A stretch of 64,000 nt of DNA, taken from positions 58,478,325 through 58,542,324 of the forward strand of contig NC_052157.1 of assembly GCF_902713615.1 (NCBI RefSeq), written 5' to 3'. The position numbers and the translations under genes were made by a program. This document shows, in pieces, positions 24,411 to 36,912 of this stretch. The notes beneath the pieces are model-generated. The model worked only from the letters and a program-made list of their open reading frames with translations. It was not told the origin of the DNA and made no database searches. Each line of letters starts with the position of its first letter. Position 1 is the stretch's first letter. The stretch is from Scyliorhinus canicula. Lineage: Eukaryota.

Positions 24411-25309
24411 ATAGAAACTGGGGGGTGAAGTCGATCCCAATGCTAGGATTCCAGTAGAAATGTCCTGAATTGTGTGTCTTTTTCTGATTCTAGTCAAAAG
24501 CTCGCAAAAGAAAAACACAGCAGCTCCGAGAATAGACGGACTGTTCAGCGTCACATTTCCTGTCCATTCTCACCATGCTCGGAACTTTAAGAAGGGTGAA
24601 AGATAATTGAAAAGGAGAAGGAAGGCAGAGCAGTCAGTATGAAAAGATTGTGAAATGTTTCCAGTTGGCGTGACTGACTCTGATCTGTTGCGAAGTTCAA
24701 ATGTCACAGAATCTCTGAAGGTGAAAAATAGCAGGACTGTGGGGGAAAGAGAAGTGGGTGGGGGGGATTAATTGGATGGATCTTTCAAAGAGCTAGTACA
24801 GACATGATGGCTCGAATGGCCTTCATCGGTGCTGTTTAGTTCTACAACCTGATGATTAGTCTTCCTTGCTCAGCAATACTTAGGTGTCCTCCTGAAGTCC
24901 TTGGATGTTTGAGAAGAACAGGGAACACGATGTTTCCGGTGTCAGCATTTTGTGTCGAGCCTAGTTCAGTTTAAACAATACACAGAGATACCATCTGAGA
25001 AGGTCATGAACCCAACACAGTGACAGCTCTGAAACATGTACAGCTCAGGCGTGAGGCATTTTGTTTATGTGTTTCACAGTGGGATTCATCTATGATCTTA
25101 GCCTGTCCCCGTTCTGAGACTCATCTTTTAGATCCTTTTTGCTATTGCCTCTCCTTGTCTCCTATCTGGGACTCGTCTTTTCAGACATCACCATGTCCAG
25201 GTTAGTGTGGAGCTGAGAACAAGGTCAGGTAGAGGAATCAAGATATCCTTGATACAAACATAGCAATGACTAATTCATGCGGCACAGGTTAGGAAAGCTG
25301 TATAAAAAC

Positions 25310-26270
25310 GGGACGGCACGGTGGCACAGTGGTTAGCACTGCTGCCTACGGCGCTGAGGACGCGGGTTCGATCCCGGCCCCCGGTCACTGTCTATGTGGA
25401 GTTTGCACATTCTCCCCGTGTCTGAGTGGGTTTCACCCCCAGAACCCAAAGATGTGCAGGTTAAGTGGATTGGCCACACTAAATTGCCCCTTAATTGGAA
25501 AAAAAATACTTGGGTCCTCTAAATTTATTTTAAAGAAAAAAAAAGCTGTAATAAAAAAATGTAACACTGGAATTTATTTCTAGAGGGCGAGAATTGAAAA
25601 GGAGGAAGATTATGCGAAAACTGTTGCAAACCTTGTTTAGACCAAACTTAGAGAACAGTGCATAGTTCTGGTCACCATATTATAAGAAGGATACAGAGAC
25701 ACTGGAGAGGGCGCTAATCCCAGAAATGTGGAGGCGAACATTACCAGAGCAGAAGGAGGTCATTCGGCCAATCGAGTCTGCATCGACACTCCGAAAGAGA
25801 GCCCTAACTACACCCACTCCCCCCACCCTATCCCTGAAACCCCACCTAAACTGCACATCTTTTGTACACAAAGGGGCAATTTTATCATGGCCAATCCACC
25901 TAACCTGCGTATTTTTGGACTGGGAGGAAACCGGAGCACCCGGAAGAAACCCACAGAGACACGGGGAGAATGCACAAACTCCACACAGACAGCCACCCGA
26001 GACCCGGAATTGTACCTGGGGCCCCGGCACTTTGAGGCAACAGTTACGGAACCAAGGCAGGTAGATGGAGTTAAGATGTAGATCATATGAAAATGTGATC
26101 ACAGAGCAGGAGTAGGCCATTCAGCCCCTCAAACCGCTCCGCCATTATGGCTATTCTGAATGTACTTTAAAATCTCCCTCCTGCCCAATGCCACCCCTTG
26201 CCCCCGCCCCCGATAACCTATTGCCCCTGCCTAGCTTATCAAGAACCTATCCACCTTGTAAAAACATTCA
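25310..26270. mobile_element. SINE/CR1 cluster: V-SINE (+) 25310-25530, V-SINE (-) 25735-26040 within CR1 fragments
   Basis: SINE head and core motifs on both strands; CR1 motif gttctggtcaccatattataagaagg. Confidence 0.7.
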
Positions 26271-27292
26271 GAGACTATGGATGGAATGTTATGCGCCACT
26301 CGCTACTTGAGTGGCAGTAGAATCAGCCGGCCATTGGACGGTGGTAGGAGCAACGTTGGGGTTTCCCATTCCCATCGGCGACACCGGATCGTCCCACCAG
26401 CCAGCCCGGACAGAAGATTCCGGCCTCCTTTTCCACCACCTTTTCTGGAAGGTAGTTCCAGAGGCCAACGACCCCCTGGGAGAAACAATTTTCTGACGGG
26501 TAGAGCAGGAAGGAGGGGATGGAAAGAATCCGACTGTTGCTGTTTTTCCCTGTCCTGTGTGTCCTTTATCAGGAAAGGATTGGCCGGCTGGGTCTTTGTT
26601 CTTGTGAAAAGAAGGCTGAGGGGTACGTGACCTATCAGAGGCCTTCAAAATTCTCAAAGGTTTTGATCGAGTGGGCACAGAGAGAAAGTTTCCTCTTGAG
26701 GGTGTGATGATCCCGTCAATAGGAAGAGTCCAGAATGGAACCCCAACTCAAAAGATCATGGGTGGGATTCTCCGTTGGTCGACGCTAGAATCGGGAAACG
26801 TGATTGGGCGGAGAATCGGTTCCCACGACGAAATCGCAATTTTCCATTGTCTTGACAGAGGTGTCAAGGCGGTCCAGAATGCACTGACAGTAAACACCGT
26901 TGGCCTTACATTGGCGGGCCTGACTCGATACTCTCTGGGGACTCCGCGATTCTCCCCCTCAATGAGTCAAATTCCCGAAGGCGAGGTTCACCTGTGCGTT
27001 TAAAAATCCTGGAACCGGCATTGCGGCTGATGAGGGAGTGAGAGGAGGTAGGACACGGAGAGCCGTGACTGTGGGCTGCCGGTCCTGACACTGGCTGGGC
27101 TGGCTTGGGGTGGCGGGGTGACCCCCTCAGGACTGGGGTGGTGTCCAGACATGGACCACCGTTGCCGCGGCCTGCAAGGAAGCCATCTTGCTGCGCACCC
27201 CACTGACTACTCACCTTGGCCTTGGTTCTGCAGAGTGAGACCAGCTGTATGGATGTCCCCAACCCGGCACCACACACTCTGCCATACCCCCT

Positions 27293-27325
<33 letters not shown>

Positions 27326-27555
27326 AGCCACCCAAGGATAATGCCCATTGCAGCCCCTATGGGGGCGGCGGGAGGGTGCTACAGAACTAACTACTGGCAA
27401 GGACAACGATGGAGCATGGAGTGTGGAGATGGGGTGGGGGGCTGGAGGAGTGGGACATGCAGGGGCAGCTCGGACCACCATGTAGTCCGGTGTACCTGGT
27501 TGGGCACAGGGGTACTCACCATTCTGACATGTCGGCATTTCACCCTTTGCAGGCA

Positions 27556-28480
27556 ATGGATTTTGGAATACAGCCTTCCCCCTGGTCGCCGCAGCCCTGG
27601 GGGATGCCTGTGGATATACGAGCTGGAGCTGCTCGAGGAGGAAGCTGCAGCAGCGGAACGTGCAGCAGCGGAACAGGAAGCTGATGCGTAGGTTGACGAG
27701 CCGGCCGCCCAACAGACCGAGGAGGTGGAGGTGCAAAGAAGGTGCCACATGAGGCCTCTAGGATCACAGACCTCAATGGGTGCATCCGCCCCATCACGGA
27801 GACCCTATATGCCCAGACGGATCAATACATCCATTTCAATATGCAGCGAGCCCACCAGGACGCCCGGGCAGCGGGGTTCGCTGCCATCACTGCGATGCCC
27901 TGGGTCCAGGTGGTGATCGAAGGAATGCATGTTACCTTCCGAGCACCTGCTGATGACAGGCCACTCGACACAAACTGAAAAGGGCTCCACTCAATGAACC
28001 TGTGACCATCAGCAACGCATCATGCATGACTGTGCCCAATACCAGGGCAGTGTGCATGGTGCCTTCCTCCTAGCACACTTGATGATTCCCGGCCTCTTTA
28101 AGAGGCTCCCCCGGCTGGCAGGGTTTGGCCCCTGGGCTATCCACTGTGGTTGTGGCTGATGATGCCTATCCCAAGGCCAGAGTCCAATGCCAAGGACCGC
28201 TACAACGACACCCCTGCAGCGACCAGGGGAGTGATCGGTGCTTCGACATCTTGAAGATGCGATTCAGGTGCCTGGATCACACTGGAGGGGATGTCCAGTA
28301 TGACGCTGAGAGGGTCGCCGTATCATGGTGACCTGCTGTGTCCTCCACATCACGCAGCAGAGGGGCATCGGGCTGGAGGAGGACGATGAATGCCAGTCCT
28401 CGTCTGACGATGAGGTTACGTGGGGAGGGCGAGGATGGTCAGGACATGGGGCACAGGCAGGCACGGGAGGCCGACGATGG
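27556..28480 (+). pseudogene. HARBI1-like transposase pseudogene (internal deletion, frameshifts)
   Basis: MDFGIQP start; GFAAITAMPWVQVVIEGMHV (IDG changed to IEG); ADDAYP; MVTCCVLHITQQRG. Confidence 0.8.
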
Positions 28481-30399
28481 GACGCTCTTATCACCTCCAG
28501 GTTCACCAACTAGGGGAGGGAGGGGATGCACCAGGGGCTTGAACATCATATCCCACCACCACACCGTACGCCCCCCCCCACCCCACCCCACCCCACCGAC
28601 AGCCACACCCCCAGCCACACCCCTGCCTGCAACACGCTCTGTGATACATACCTGCCACACTGCAGGGGTGTGAGGCCTGGGTTGGCAGTAACAGCGATCT
28701 GGTCAATGGGATGGAGAATGTTGACAAACCGCTCTGCGATGAGCCCTGGTACTCCGCAACGTTTGACAATGTCTGACTCCTGCCAACAGTTGCACTTTCC
28801 AACGATTGATCCCTGCATGTGAGCTGGCCATTCCATCGCACGGTCCCATCGAATCTCTGGGGTGATAGTGGTGGGGACGGACATGAGGGAGGGTGGGAGC
28901 CCACCCACAATGTCCACCCATTCCCCCCACCTTTCCACCCCCCCCCCTCCCACGCCTGACCTCTGGCCTGTCCAGACCAGCCCACACCTCACACCCATCT
29001 GACAGAGCAGGTTGTAACAGTGTGTGTAGGTATTTAATGTGAACAAATACATACAAAAACATGCCCTAGCCCCGATCAATACACTGTGCCCTGCACCTGT
29101 GCCAACATAATTGGTGTCTAAGGTCTGGCCTTACGGTCCCAAACACTACGTCCAGGTGGATCCCCAGGCAGTACATCAGGAGTGGAGGCAGCCTGCTTTG
29201 ATTACCGCTCTGGGACCTGGGTCCCCAGTGGCTGCCGCCTTCTGGAATGACCAGGCCTGGATGGGTCCGGCTGCTGCTCATGTGTCGCGGGTTGCACGGT
29301 GCCCACAAGATGCACCAGGGATGCGGGGGGGGGGCGGTAAGTGTCCGAGGTGCGGTGGTCTTTCAGCATCTCCCCTGTAGGAGTCACCAGCAAGAGCTCC
29401 ATTACCTCCTACTCCCTCGGGGTCCAATGGCACCTGGGCTACTCCATGGAATGGGATTGAGGGTGGAGCTATCCCCTGAGACACCCCTGCCACCTTGCGC
29501 TGCCAGTTCTGATGGCTCGCTCTGGCCTCGACCAGAGTCTGTACGAACAGCCATGGGGCAAAGGGAGTGAACAATATCTGTTTGGGACAGTGCCACATCA
29601 TATTGCGACTGCACTACCACTTATGGGTCTGTGATACATCAGCCAGTGACTGCGTCATCTCCATCTGGAACCGAGCCACCTCCCTCTGTGTCTGCGCCAC
29701 GTCAGCCAGCGCCTGCACAATGCTGCCGACGTTCCCAGCCATGGCCGGCTATGACTGGGCCACGCTCAGCAGCGCCGCTGTGATTTCCAGGTGGCTCTGG
29801 CACATGGCTGCCTGTGAAACACAGCCCTGGCCTATGCCTTGGTCAGCGGCAGCACAGAATGCCCCAGGCCTTGGACACGCTGATCCATAGCTGGCCCCCC
29901 CCCAATGCCTTCACTGAGGACGCCAACCATGCGGTGTTGGCCTGGGTGGCTCCCATGGTGGGCACCACCTCCTGCTCCTGCACGTGGTTGGACTCATCCA
30001 ACTGCACCTGCAGGTGCTGGATACTGGCGCCAACCCCTCATGTAGTCCTTAGATCTGTGACTGCTTCTCCACAATCGTTGGGTCTCTACATCCCAGAGGC
30101 CCGACCCCTCATGACGGCAGCTAGTCCCTCACGTTGGCCTGCCTCTGACCATCTACCCCTCGGGTGTTCCTACCTCCACCTGCTGTACCGGATTAGCTGT
30201 GTGGTGTGTATCAGAGGGTATTCCAGGAGTCTCATCACTGAAGTGCCCAACCGAGGTGAGTGTCTCTAGGATGGTGGAGGATGTTGGAGACAGCTGTGAC
30301 GGGAAATCAGTGTCATCCCCGGACTCGAGCTCCGGGGTGTCTTGGGTTTCGGGCCGAGGGCTCTCATCCATGTCGGTGTTGTCTTTGTCGCTGGTCGGC

Positions 30400-31281
30400 A
30401 CACGGTGGGGGGCTCAGGCTGTGGCACTGGCTGGGGGCAGGAGGCACCAGATGGACCCGCCCCCATCACCAGCAGGTCCTGCAACAACACACAAGACAAG
30501 ACGCATGATTAGACCGTGGGCGGAGGGGAGGTGGGGGTGGTGATGATGGTGTGGGGGTATTGTTGGTGGGGTGGGGGTGGGGGGAGAGACAGATGTGTCA
30601 CGGGGAGCCACAACTCAGCGGGGGTCGCACTTCATTGTCCGCGGGCGACCTCCACCCAAGCGACGTCCCGTCCTTCTGGACCGCCGATCATGTCCAGGAC
30701 CCGCTGCTCAGCCTAGGTGAAGAGCCGCAGGTCCAGCGGTCCCCCCCCCCCACCAGTTTTCTCGAGCTCCCGGCAGTTACGGGAGGCCTTTTCCTGGGGA
30801 TGTTGGGAAGAAACAGAAAAAGTCATTGTTAGACAGTCTGACGCATGCAGCGCAGGGAGTGTGGAGCTGGTTACCGCAGTGGTCATTCTCCTGGTGGGGA
30901 GGTGGGTCACGGGTGTGTGTGTGGGATGAGGGCTGGTTCCAGGGGCACAGTGCTGCCTACTCACCCTGGCCACCCTGAGGAGGTCGTGCAGTTTTTTCCT
31001 GAACTGCAGGCAGGTCCAAACGGTGTTGCTGGTGACGCTGACCACCTCTGCCATCTGCGCCCAGGCAAGGCGAGCCGTGGTGGCTGGCAGCTTCCTTCCC
31101 ATCCGGGGGGCAGGGCAGCCTGCGTCTCCTCTACCAGCTCCAGCAAGGTCTTGTGTTCTGCATCGGTAAATCTCGGGCTTCTCTCCTCGCTTCCATCCTG
31201 TTGCCTGGGATGATGTGTGCAGGGAGTGAAGGCAGTGTGTATATGCGGCTGCAGCTTGTCAGCCTCCTGAGTGTCAGTCAC
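30400..31281 (-). pseudogene. Harbinger Myb/SANT-like DNA-binding ORF remnant
   Basis: PRFTDAEHKTLLELVEE and AWAQMAEVVSVTSNTVWTCLQFRKKLHDLLR match the Myb/SANT-like trihelix of Harbinger ORF2. Confidence 0.8.
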
Positions 31282-31434
31282 AAAACTGGCGAATCGGCAC
31301 CGATTCTCATTGGAATCGATTGTGTACCACGAGACGCCGGTGCCAGCTCCTTACCAGTCGTTGAATCGGTTCAGGGGCGGAGCCTGTTTTGCTGTCAGGG
31401 AACTCTAAGAATCCTGATCTGGCATCAACACTTC

Positions 31435-32370
31435 GGGCGGAATTCAACGACCCCACGCAGGGTCGGGGAATCACCCAGGGCCGGCGTGAATCTCGCCCCC
31501 GCCGTGGCCGGAATTCTCCACCACCCGGGAATCGGCGGGAGCAGGAATCACGCCCCGCCGATCGGCGTGCCCCCCGTGCCGGTTGGCGGATCCCCCGCGG
31601 CGATTCTCCGGCCCGCGATGGGCCGAGGTCCCGCCGCTGACAGGCCTCTCCCACCGGCGGGAATTAGAACATAGAACATAGAAAAGTACAGCACTGAACA
31701 GGCCCTTCGGCCCTCAATGTTGTGCCGAGCCATGATCACCCATCTCAAACCCACGTATCCACCCTATACCCGTAACCCAACAACCCCCCCCCTTAACCTT
31801 ACTTTTATTAGGACACTACGGGCAATTTATCATGGCCAATCCACCTAACCCGCACATCTTTGGACTGTGGGAGGAAACCGGAGCACACGGAGGAAACCCA
31901 CGCACACAGGGGGAGGACGTGCAGACTCCACACAGACAGTGACCCAGCGGGGAATCGAACCTGGGACCCTGGCGCTGTGAAGCATTTATGCTAACCACCA
32001 TGCTACCCTGCTGCCCCTAATTGGAGCACCTCTGGTGCCAGCGGGATTGGCGGTGCGAGTGGGCTCCCGGGGTCCTGGGGGAGGGGGGGCGCGGGGCGAT
32101 CGGAGCCCAGGGGTGCCCCCACGGTGGCCTGGCCTGGGATTGGGGCCCACCGATCGGCGGGCGGGCCTGTGCCGTGGGGGCACTCTTTTTCTTCGGTCGC
32201 CGCCACGGCCTCCCCCATGGCGGAGGCGAAAGAGAATCCCCATTTCGCCAGTTCGCGCATGCGCCGGTGCGTCAGCAGCCGCTGATGTCACCACCGGCGC
32301 ATGCGCGAACTGGCGAAGGCTTTTCGGCCCGCCGCGACGCCAGGCGGCAGGCATCAAGGCCGTTGGCGCC
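31435..32370. mobile_element. GC-rich Harbinger-type MITE with a nested SINE
   Basis: Starts gggcggaattc; gcgcatgcgc palindromes; similar to the MITEs at 34188, 37597 and 59720. Confidence 0.7.
31666..32018 (-). mobile_element. Young full-length V-SINE inserted in a MITE
   Basis: AATT on both sides (31662-65, 32019-22); near-identical to 22944-23294. Confidence 0.9.
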
Positions 32371-32509
32371 TTCTGAAACAAATTGACAATGAATTCAGTT
32401 AAAACTCCATTCAAGTATCCTTCCAACCTTAGTGTGTCTCTGGTTACGAAGCAACAAAATTGTGCTTTCCCCCAGCGCGTTTACGTTTCATGACTTAACC
32501 CTCTTTAAT

Positions 32510-32810
32510 AATAACAATAATAATCTTTATTATTGTCACAAGTAGGCCTACTTTAACATTGCAAGAAGTTACTGTGAAAAGCCCCTAATTGCCACACTCT
32601 GGCGCATGTTCGGGATACAGAGGGAGAATTCAGACTATCCAGTTCACCAAACAGCACATCTTTCGGGACTTCTGGGAGGAAACCGGAGCATTCGGAGGAA
32701 AGCCGCGCAGACATGGGGGGAATGTACAGACTCCACACAGACGGTGACCCAAGCGGGAATTGAACCTGGACCCTGGCGCAGTGCTAACTGCTGTGCTCCG
32801 TGCTGCATAT
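32510..32810 (-). mobile_element. Second SINE family copy
   Basis: Reverse tail ttattattgtcacaagtaggc...ttactgtgaaaagcccc; head gaacctggaccctggcg. Confidence 0.75.
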
Positions 32811-32980
32811 TGCATGATAGAAGCACAGCTTGAATTAAAACCAAAAACCTCTAGATGCAAATACCTTTGTCGAACATGAATATAACTATTTGTTTACTCC
32901 TCCTTACAGAGAAACACTAAATTAAACCCACTTAAAACTATACCATATTTCTAATATTTAACAATATTATATAGATCCCT

Positions 32981-33240
32981 TGAAACTACCTCGGTTGTCC
33001 TCACATGGTAAGAAGTCTTACAACACCAGGTTAAAGTCCAACAGGTTTGATTCAAACACGAGCTTTCGGAGCGCAGCTCCTTCTCAGGTGACTGGGGAGG
33101 TATCATACCTCTCCATTCACCTGAAGAAGGAGCTGCGCTCCGAAAGCTCGTGTTTGAAACAAACCTGTTGGACTTTAACCTGGTGTTGTAAGACTTCTTA
33201 CTGTGCTCACCCCAGTCCAACGCCGGCATCTTCACATCGT
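32981..33240. mobile_element. Penelope-like inverted terminal fragments forming a hairpin (33008-33201)
   Basis: Arms gtaagaagtcttacaacaccagg...ctcaggtga and tcacctgaag...gacttcttac are reverse complements. Confidence 0.8.
33116..33152 (+). ncRNA. Minimal type I hammerhead ribozyme motif (Penelope-associated)
   Basis: cac-CUGAAGA-a-GGAGC-ugc-GCUCC-GAAA-G-CUC-gug: intact core, 5-bp stem II, palindromic AGCU helix III, 3-bp stem I. Confidence 0.6.
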
Positions 33241-33708
33241 CCTCACATGGAGAAGAGCAAAACTAGAGGCGTCGTGATTGGTGATTCCTTCGACAATGAA
33301 GAGAAAACAATCACCGATTAGAGTGATTCAGATGGGCCAATCAACTTTGTTGAATAGCAAACAGGAAGATGAGGCAAATAAGTGACTCATGATGGTGATA
33401 ATGGTGGGAGTATCAATGGCTCTAAATCCATTGCCCTGTCTTATAAATCAGCACCAATTGGTTTGACTTATAGACACTGTGTTGGGTGGAAGACAGAGTA
33501 CTGAGAGCCATGAGCCAATGTCGAATGTACTTGTCCACTCCTGTGTCCAGGATTCCCTTCCACCCACTGTGAAACCTTGGGGAGTTCCTTGTGTGTTCTG
33601 TAGATGGTCCACACTGTAGCCACCGGGCATCAGAGATAGAGGGGGTGGATATTGACTCTCATGGATCTACAAACAATCAAGATTAAATTTTGATATTTAC
33701 CTCCTCAG

Positions 33709-34077
33709 TTGGACTGTCACAAGAGTGGAAAGGCAACACTTCACGAAACGTGACAGCGCAGGAAGGTTCATGTGTGAAGATTCCATGTCATTACAGCTAT
33801 CCGTCACATTTAGCAAATCGACCTCGAGGTGCAGTCTGGTTTAATACTGAGGAAGTGATTCCCTGGGCTCGCCTAGCCTTCCACTCCAAGGATCACAATC
33901 ACGAGGCACCAAAATTCCGCAATCGGACCCGGCTGTCTGGAGACCTGAAAGACGGAGACTGTTCCCTGATTATAAACAACATCACACGGAATGATTCAGG
34001 ACCTTATTTTTTCAGGATAGAATTTGGCCATGGTTTCGACCATAACTATTACCCTGCAACACGGCTTCATGTTTCTG
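33709..34077 (+). CDS. Gene B V-set exon
   Basis: Acceptor ctcctcag/TT, donor TCTG/gtaagt, 123 codons; EGSCVKIPC, DGDC, YFFRI (Arg AGG 34014-34016). Confidence 0.93.
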
Positions 34078-34187
34078 GTAAGTGCTGTATTATAATTACT
34101 CAACAATTCACATCTAATACTCAATGGGAAATAACACAAACTGTGACATTTACACATTAACACAAACACAGCTTATTATATAACACA

Positions 34188-34672
34188 GGCCAGGATTTTC
34201 CCGGAATTGGCGACGCGGCCCGTACCAGCGCCAAGATCGGCCTGAGCCACTCCGGTGTCGGACCGTCCAGAAATTGCAGAATCCTCCGCAATTCAGGGGG
34301 CTAGGCCGGCGCTGGAGGGGTTGGCGCCACACTAACCGGCCCTGAAGGGACTCTGCCGTCCGGTGTGAGTTGGTGCATGCGCAGGATCGCCAACGTGTTC
34401 TGACGCATGCGCAGAACTACCAGCGTGTTTCCTGCGCATGCGCAGGGGGTTTATTTTCCGCGCCGGCCATGGCAGAGCCTTAGAGAGGCCGGCGTGGAGG
34501 GAAAGAGTGCCCCCATGTCACAAGCCTGCCCGCAGATCAGTGGGCACTGATCGCAGAATTGGCGGGGTGGGGGGGGGGGGGGGGGGTCGCTGCCAATTCT
34601 CACGCAATGCGTGATCCTCGTCCCCGGCGCCGGAGAATTCAGCAACCGGCGGGGGGTCGGAGACGCCCGTCC
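34188..34672. mobile_element. Harbinger-type MITE inserted after the A/B duplication
   Basis: Absent from the homologous intron of gene A (3990-4030); ACA on both sides. Confidence 0.7.
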
Positions 34673-35177
34673 ACAGTGTCTGATTATCAATAACCTGGTG
34701 ATAGCTTCCAGTTCAGTCCTGAAGCGACCTCTAATATCTACTTCACTATCAATGATTAAATGTATTGACTGTGTCCATCACTGTTATCAGGTCTGCCTGA
34801 TAGGCTTTCCCATCAATCTCTCTAATCTTGTATAAAATTCTGACATATTGACGAAATAACGATTCACATTTCTATAGCACAATGAAATAATTCTTGAAAC
34901 AAAGTCCCTGCTGTGATGTTGGAGACACAGTGGTTAATGTGTGCAGAGTAAGATCCCAGAAACAGCCATGTGATCAATAATTTGCTCATCTGTTTTAGGT
35001 GCTGGTTCAGACATTGTTTCAAATAGTCCCTGTCCTGCTCTACTCAAGATTTAATTTCAACAGTTTGTCAGATTTCTGTAAAAGTAACGAGCCAGTTCAA
35101 CTTGAACTGTAAACGGCTCCTCCCCTCTCACCCGGGAATCTCATTTCAATGGTCTCAGTGTCAAAATGCATTATTAT

Positions 35178-35540
35178 TTTATTTATTCGTTCATGGGATA
35201 GGTGGGCGTCGCTGGCTCTGCCAGCATTTATTGCCCATCCCGTATTGTCCTTGAGGGGGCAGTTAAGAGTCAACCACATTGCTGTGGATCTGGAGTCACA
35301 TGTAGGCCAGATTGGGTAAAGAAGGCAGATTTCCTTCTCTGGAGGACATTCGTGAACCAGATAGGTTTTTACGACAATCGACAATGGTTTCATGGTCATC
35401 ATTAGATTTTTAATTCCAGATTCTTATTGAATTCAAATTTCACCATTTGCAGTGGTGGGATTGGAACCGGTGACCCCAGAACATTACCCTGGGTTTCTGG
35501 TTTACTGGTCTAGTGACAGTACCACTGCACCACCACCTCC
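35178..35540 (-). mobile_element. SacSINE1/DeuSINE-like element
   Basis: Reverse of the head ggtggtgcagtggtactgtcactagaccag, Deu-like core ggagtcacatgtaggccag, tail gcatttattgcccatccc. Confidence 0.75.
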
Positions 35541-35717
35541 CTCAAATGACAGATACTCTACTATGACATAAAATAGGAAATACTTTATTGATCATTGGAA
35601 TCTCTCCGCTTTGATATCACCTTAGTAAAAGGGCTTTCTTTCATGGGAGTGTGATTTCTATTTGAACTGATGCTTCACATTGTATTTATCTAAAATGATC
35701 CCTTATATGTGTGTCAG

Positions 35718-36011
35718 ATTTCACAGATAAACCCACGATATTTCCTGCTGAAATTATTGCAGGAAAGCGTGTGGACATAAGCTGCACCTTCAACACAACG
35801 TGCAACGGAACAACGCCTGTCTTAACCTGGGACACTCCCACTGACGTACCTGGATCAGTGTCAAACACAGTAACTCAGCATGGCATCACTCTGACCTATA
35901 CTTCTGTTCTGACCTTGACTCCATCACTCAAACACCACGGACAAAATCTCACCTGTAGACTGAGATATCCATCTGTTTCATCGGAGCGGACACTCGTACT
36001 AACTGTGCAAT
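35718..36011 (+). CDS. Gene B first C2-set exon
   Basis: Acceptor gtgtcag/AT, donor CAAT/gtaagc, 98 codons; 7 aa differences from the gene A C2. Confidence 0.93.
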
Positions 36012-36177
36012 GTAAGCATAAACAAGATTAATTCCATATTAGATGTATTAATCTATATTGTGCACAGCAAGATCCCACAAACAGCATTGTGCTGCTGAAT
36101 ACAAAAATTGCCCTTTTTCAGTGAGAAATACTCCCAGGGTGAATTTTTCCTTGTACAGTTTATCTCCATCTGACAGG

Positions 36178-36912
36178 ATGTGGAGACGTTGGCGTTGGAC
36201 TGGGGTGAGCACAGTAAGACGTCTTACAACACCAGGATAAAGCCCAACAGGGTGGTTTTGAATCACTAGCTTTCGGAGCGCAGCTCCTTCCTCAGTTGAA
36301 TGAAGAGGTGGTTTCTACAAACATATGCATAGACAAAGTCAATGATGCAAGACGATACTTTGAATGCGAGTCTTTGTAAGTAATTAAGTCTTTACAAGTG
36401 CAGACGGAGCATCTAGAGAGAGGGATAATCACAGTTTAAAGAGGTATGAATCGTCTCAAGCCAGGACAGTTGGTAGGATTTTGCAAGTCCATACCAGATG
36501 GTGGGGGGTGAATGTAATGCGACATGAATCCAGGGTCCCGGTTGAGGCCGTACTCATGTGTGCGGAGCTTGGCTATAAGTTTCTGTTTGGCGATTCTGCA
36601 TTGTCGCACGTCCTGAAGGCCGCCTTGGAGAACGAATGCAAAATCCTACCAACTGTCCTGGCTTGAGACAATTCACACCTCTTTAACCTGTGGTTATCCC
36701 TCTCTCCAGTTGCTCCATCTGGACCTGTAAAGACTTAATTACCTGCAAAGACTCGCATTCAAAGCATCGTCTTGCATCACTGACTTTGTCTATATATATG
36801 TTTCTGGAACCCACCTCTTCATTCATCTGAGGAAGGAGCTGTGCTCTGAAAGCAAGTGATTCGATACAAACCTGTTGGACTTTAACCTGGTGTTGTAAGG
36901 CTTCTTACTGTC
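36178..36912. mobile_element. Penelope-like element with inverted duplication; GIY-YIG C-terminal remnant
   Basis: Minus strand reads VLQGGLQDVRQCRIAKQKLIAKLRTHEYGLNRDPGFMSHY at about 36510-36635; arms at about 36200-36487 and 36637-36912 are inverted copies. Confidence 0.85.

Larger units (their letters stand above)
26760..31419. mobile_element. Two-gene PIF/Harbinger transposon, degenerate
   Basis: Left TIR gggtgggattctcc at 26760; degenerate right end aagaatcctgatc at about 31419; convergent transposase and Myb-like ORFs inside. Confidence 0.8.

Noticed and set aside
27295-27325. Long C/G homopolymers (also near 22295, 38222, 42009) as G-quadruplex elements
   Set aside because: Run lengths vary between copies of the same repeat, consistent with slippage or sequencing error.
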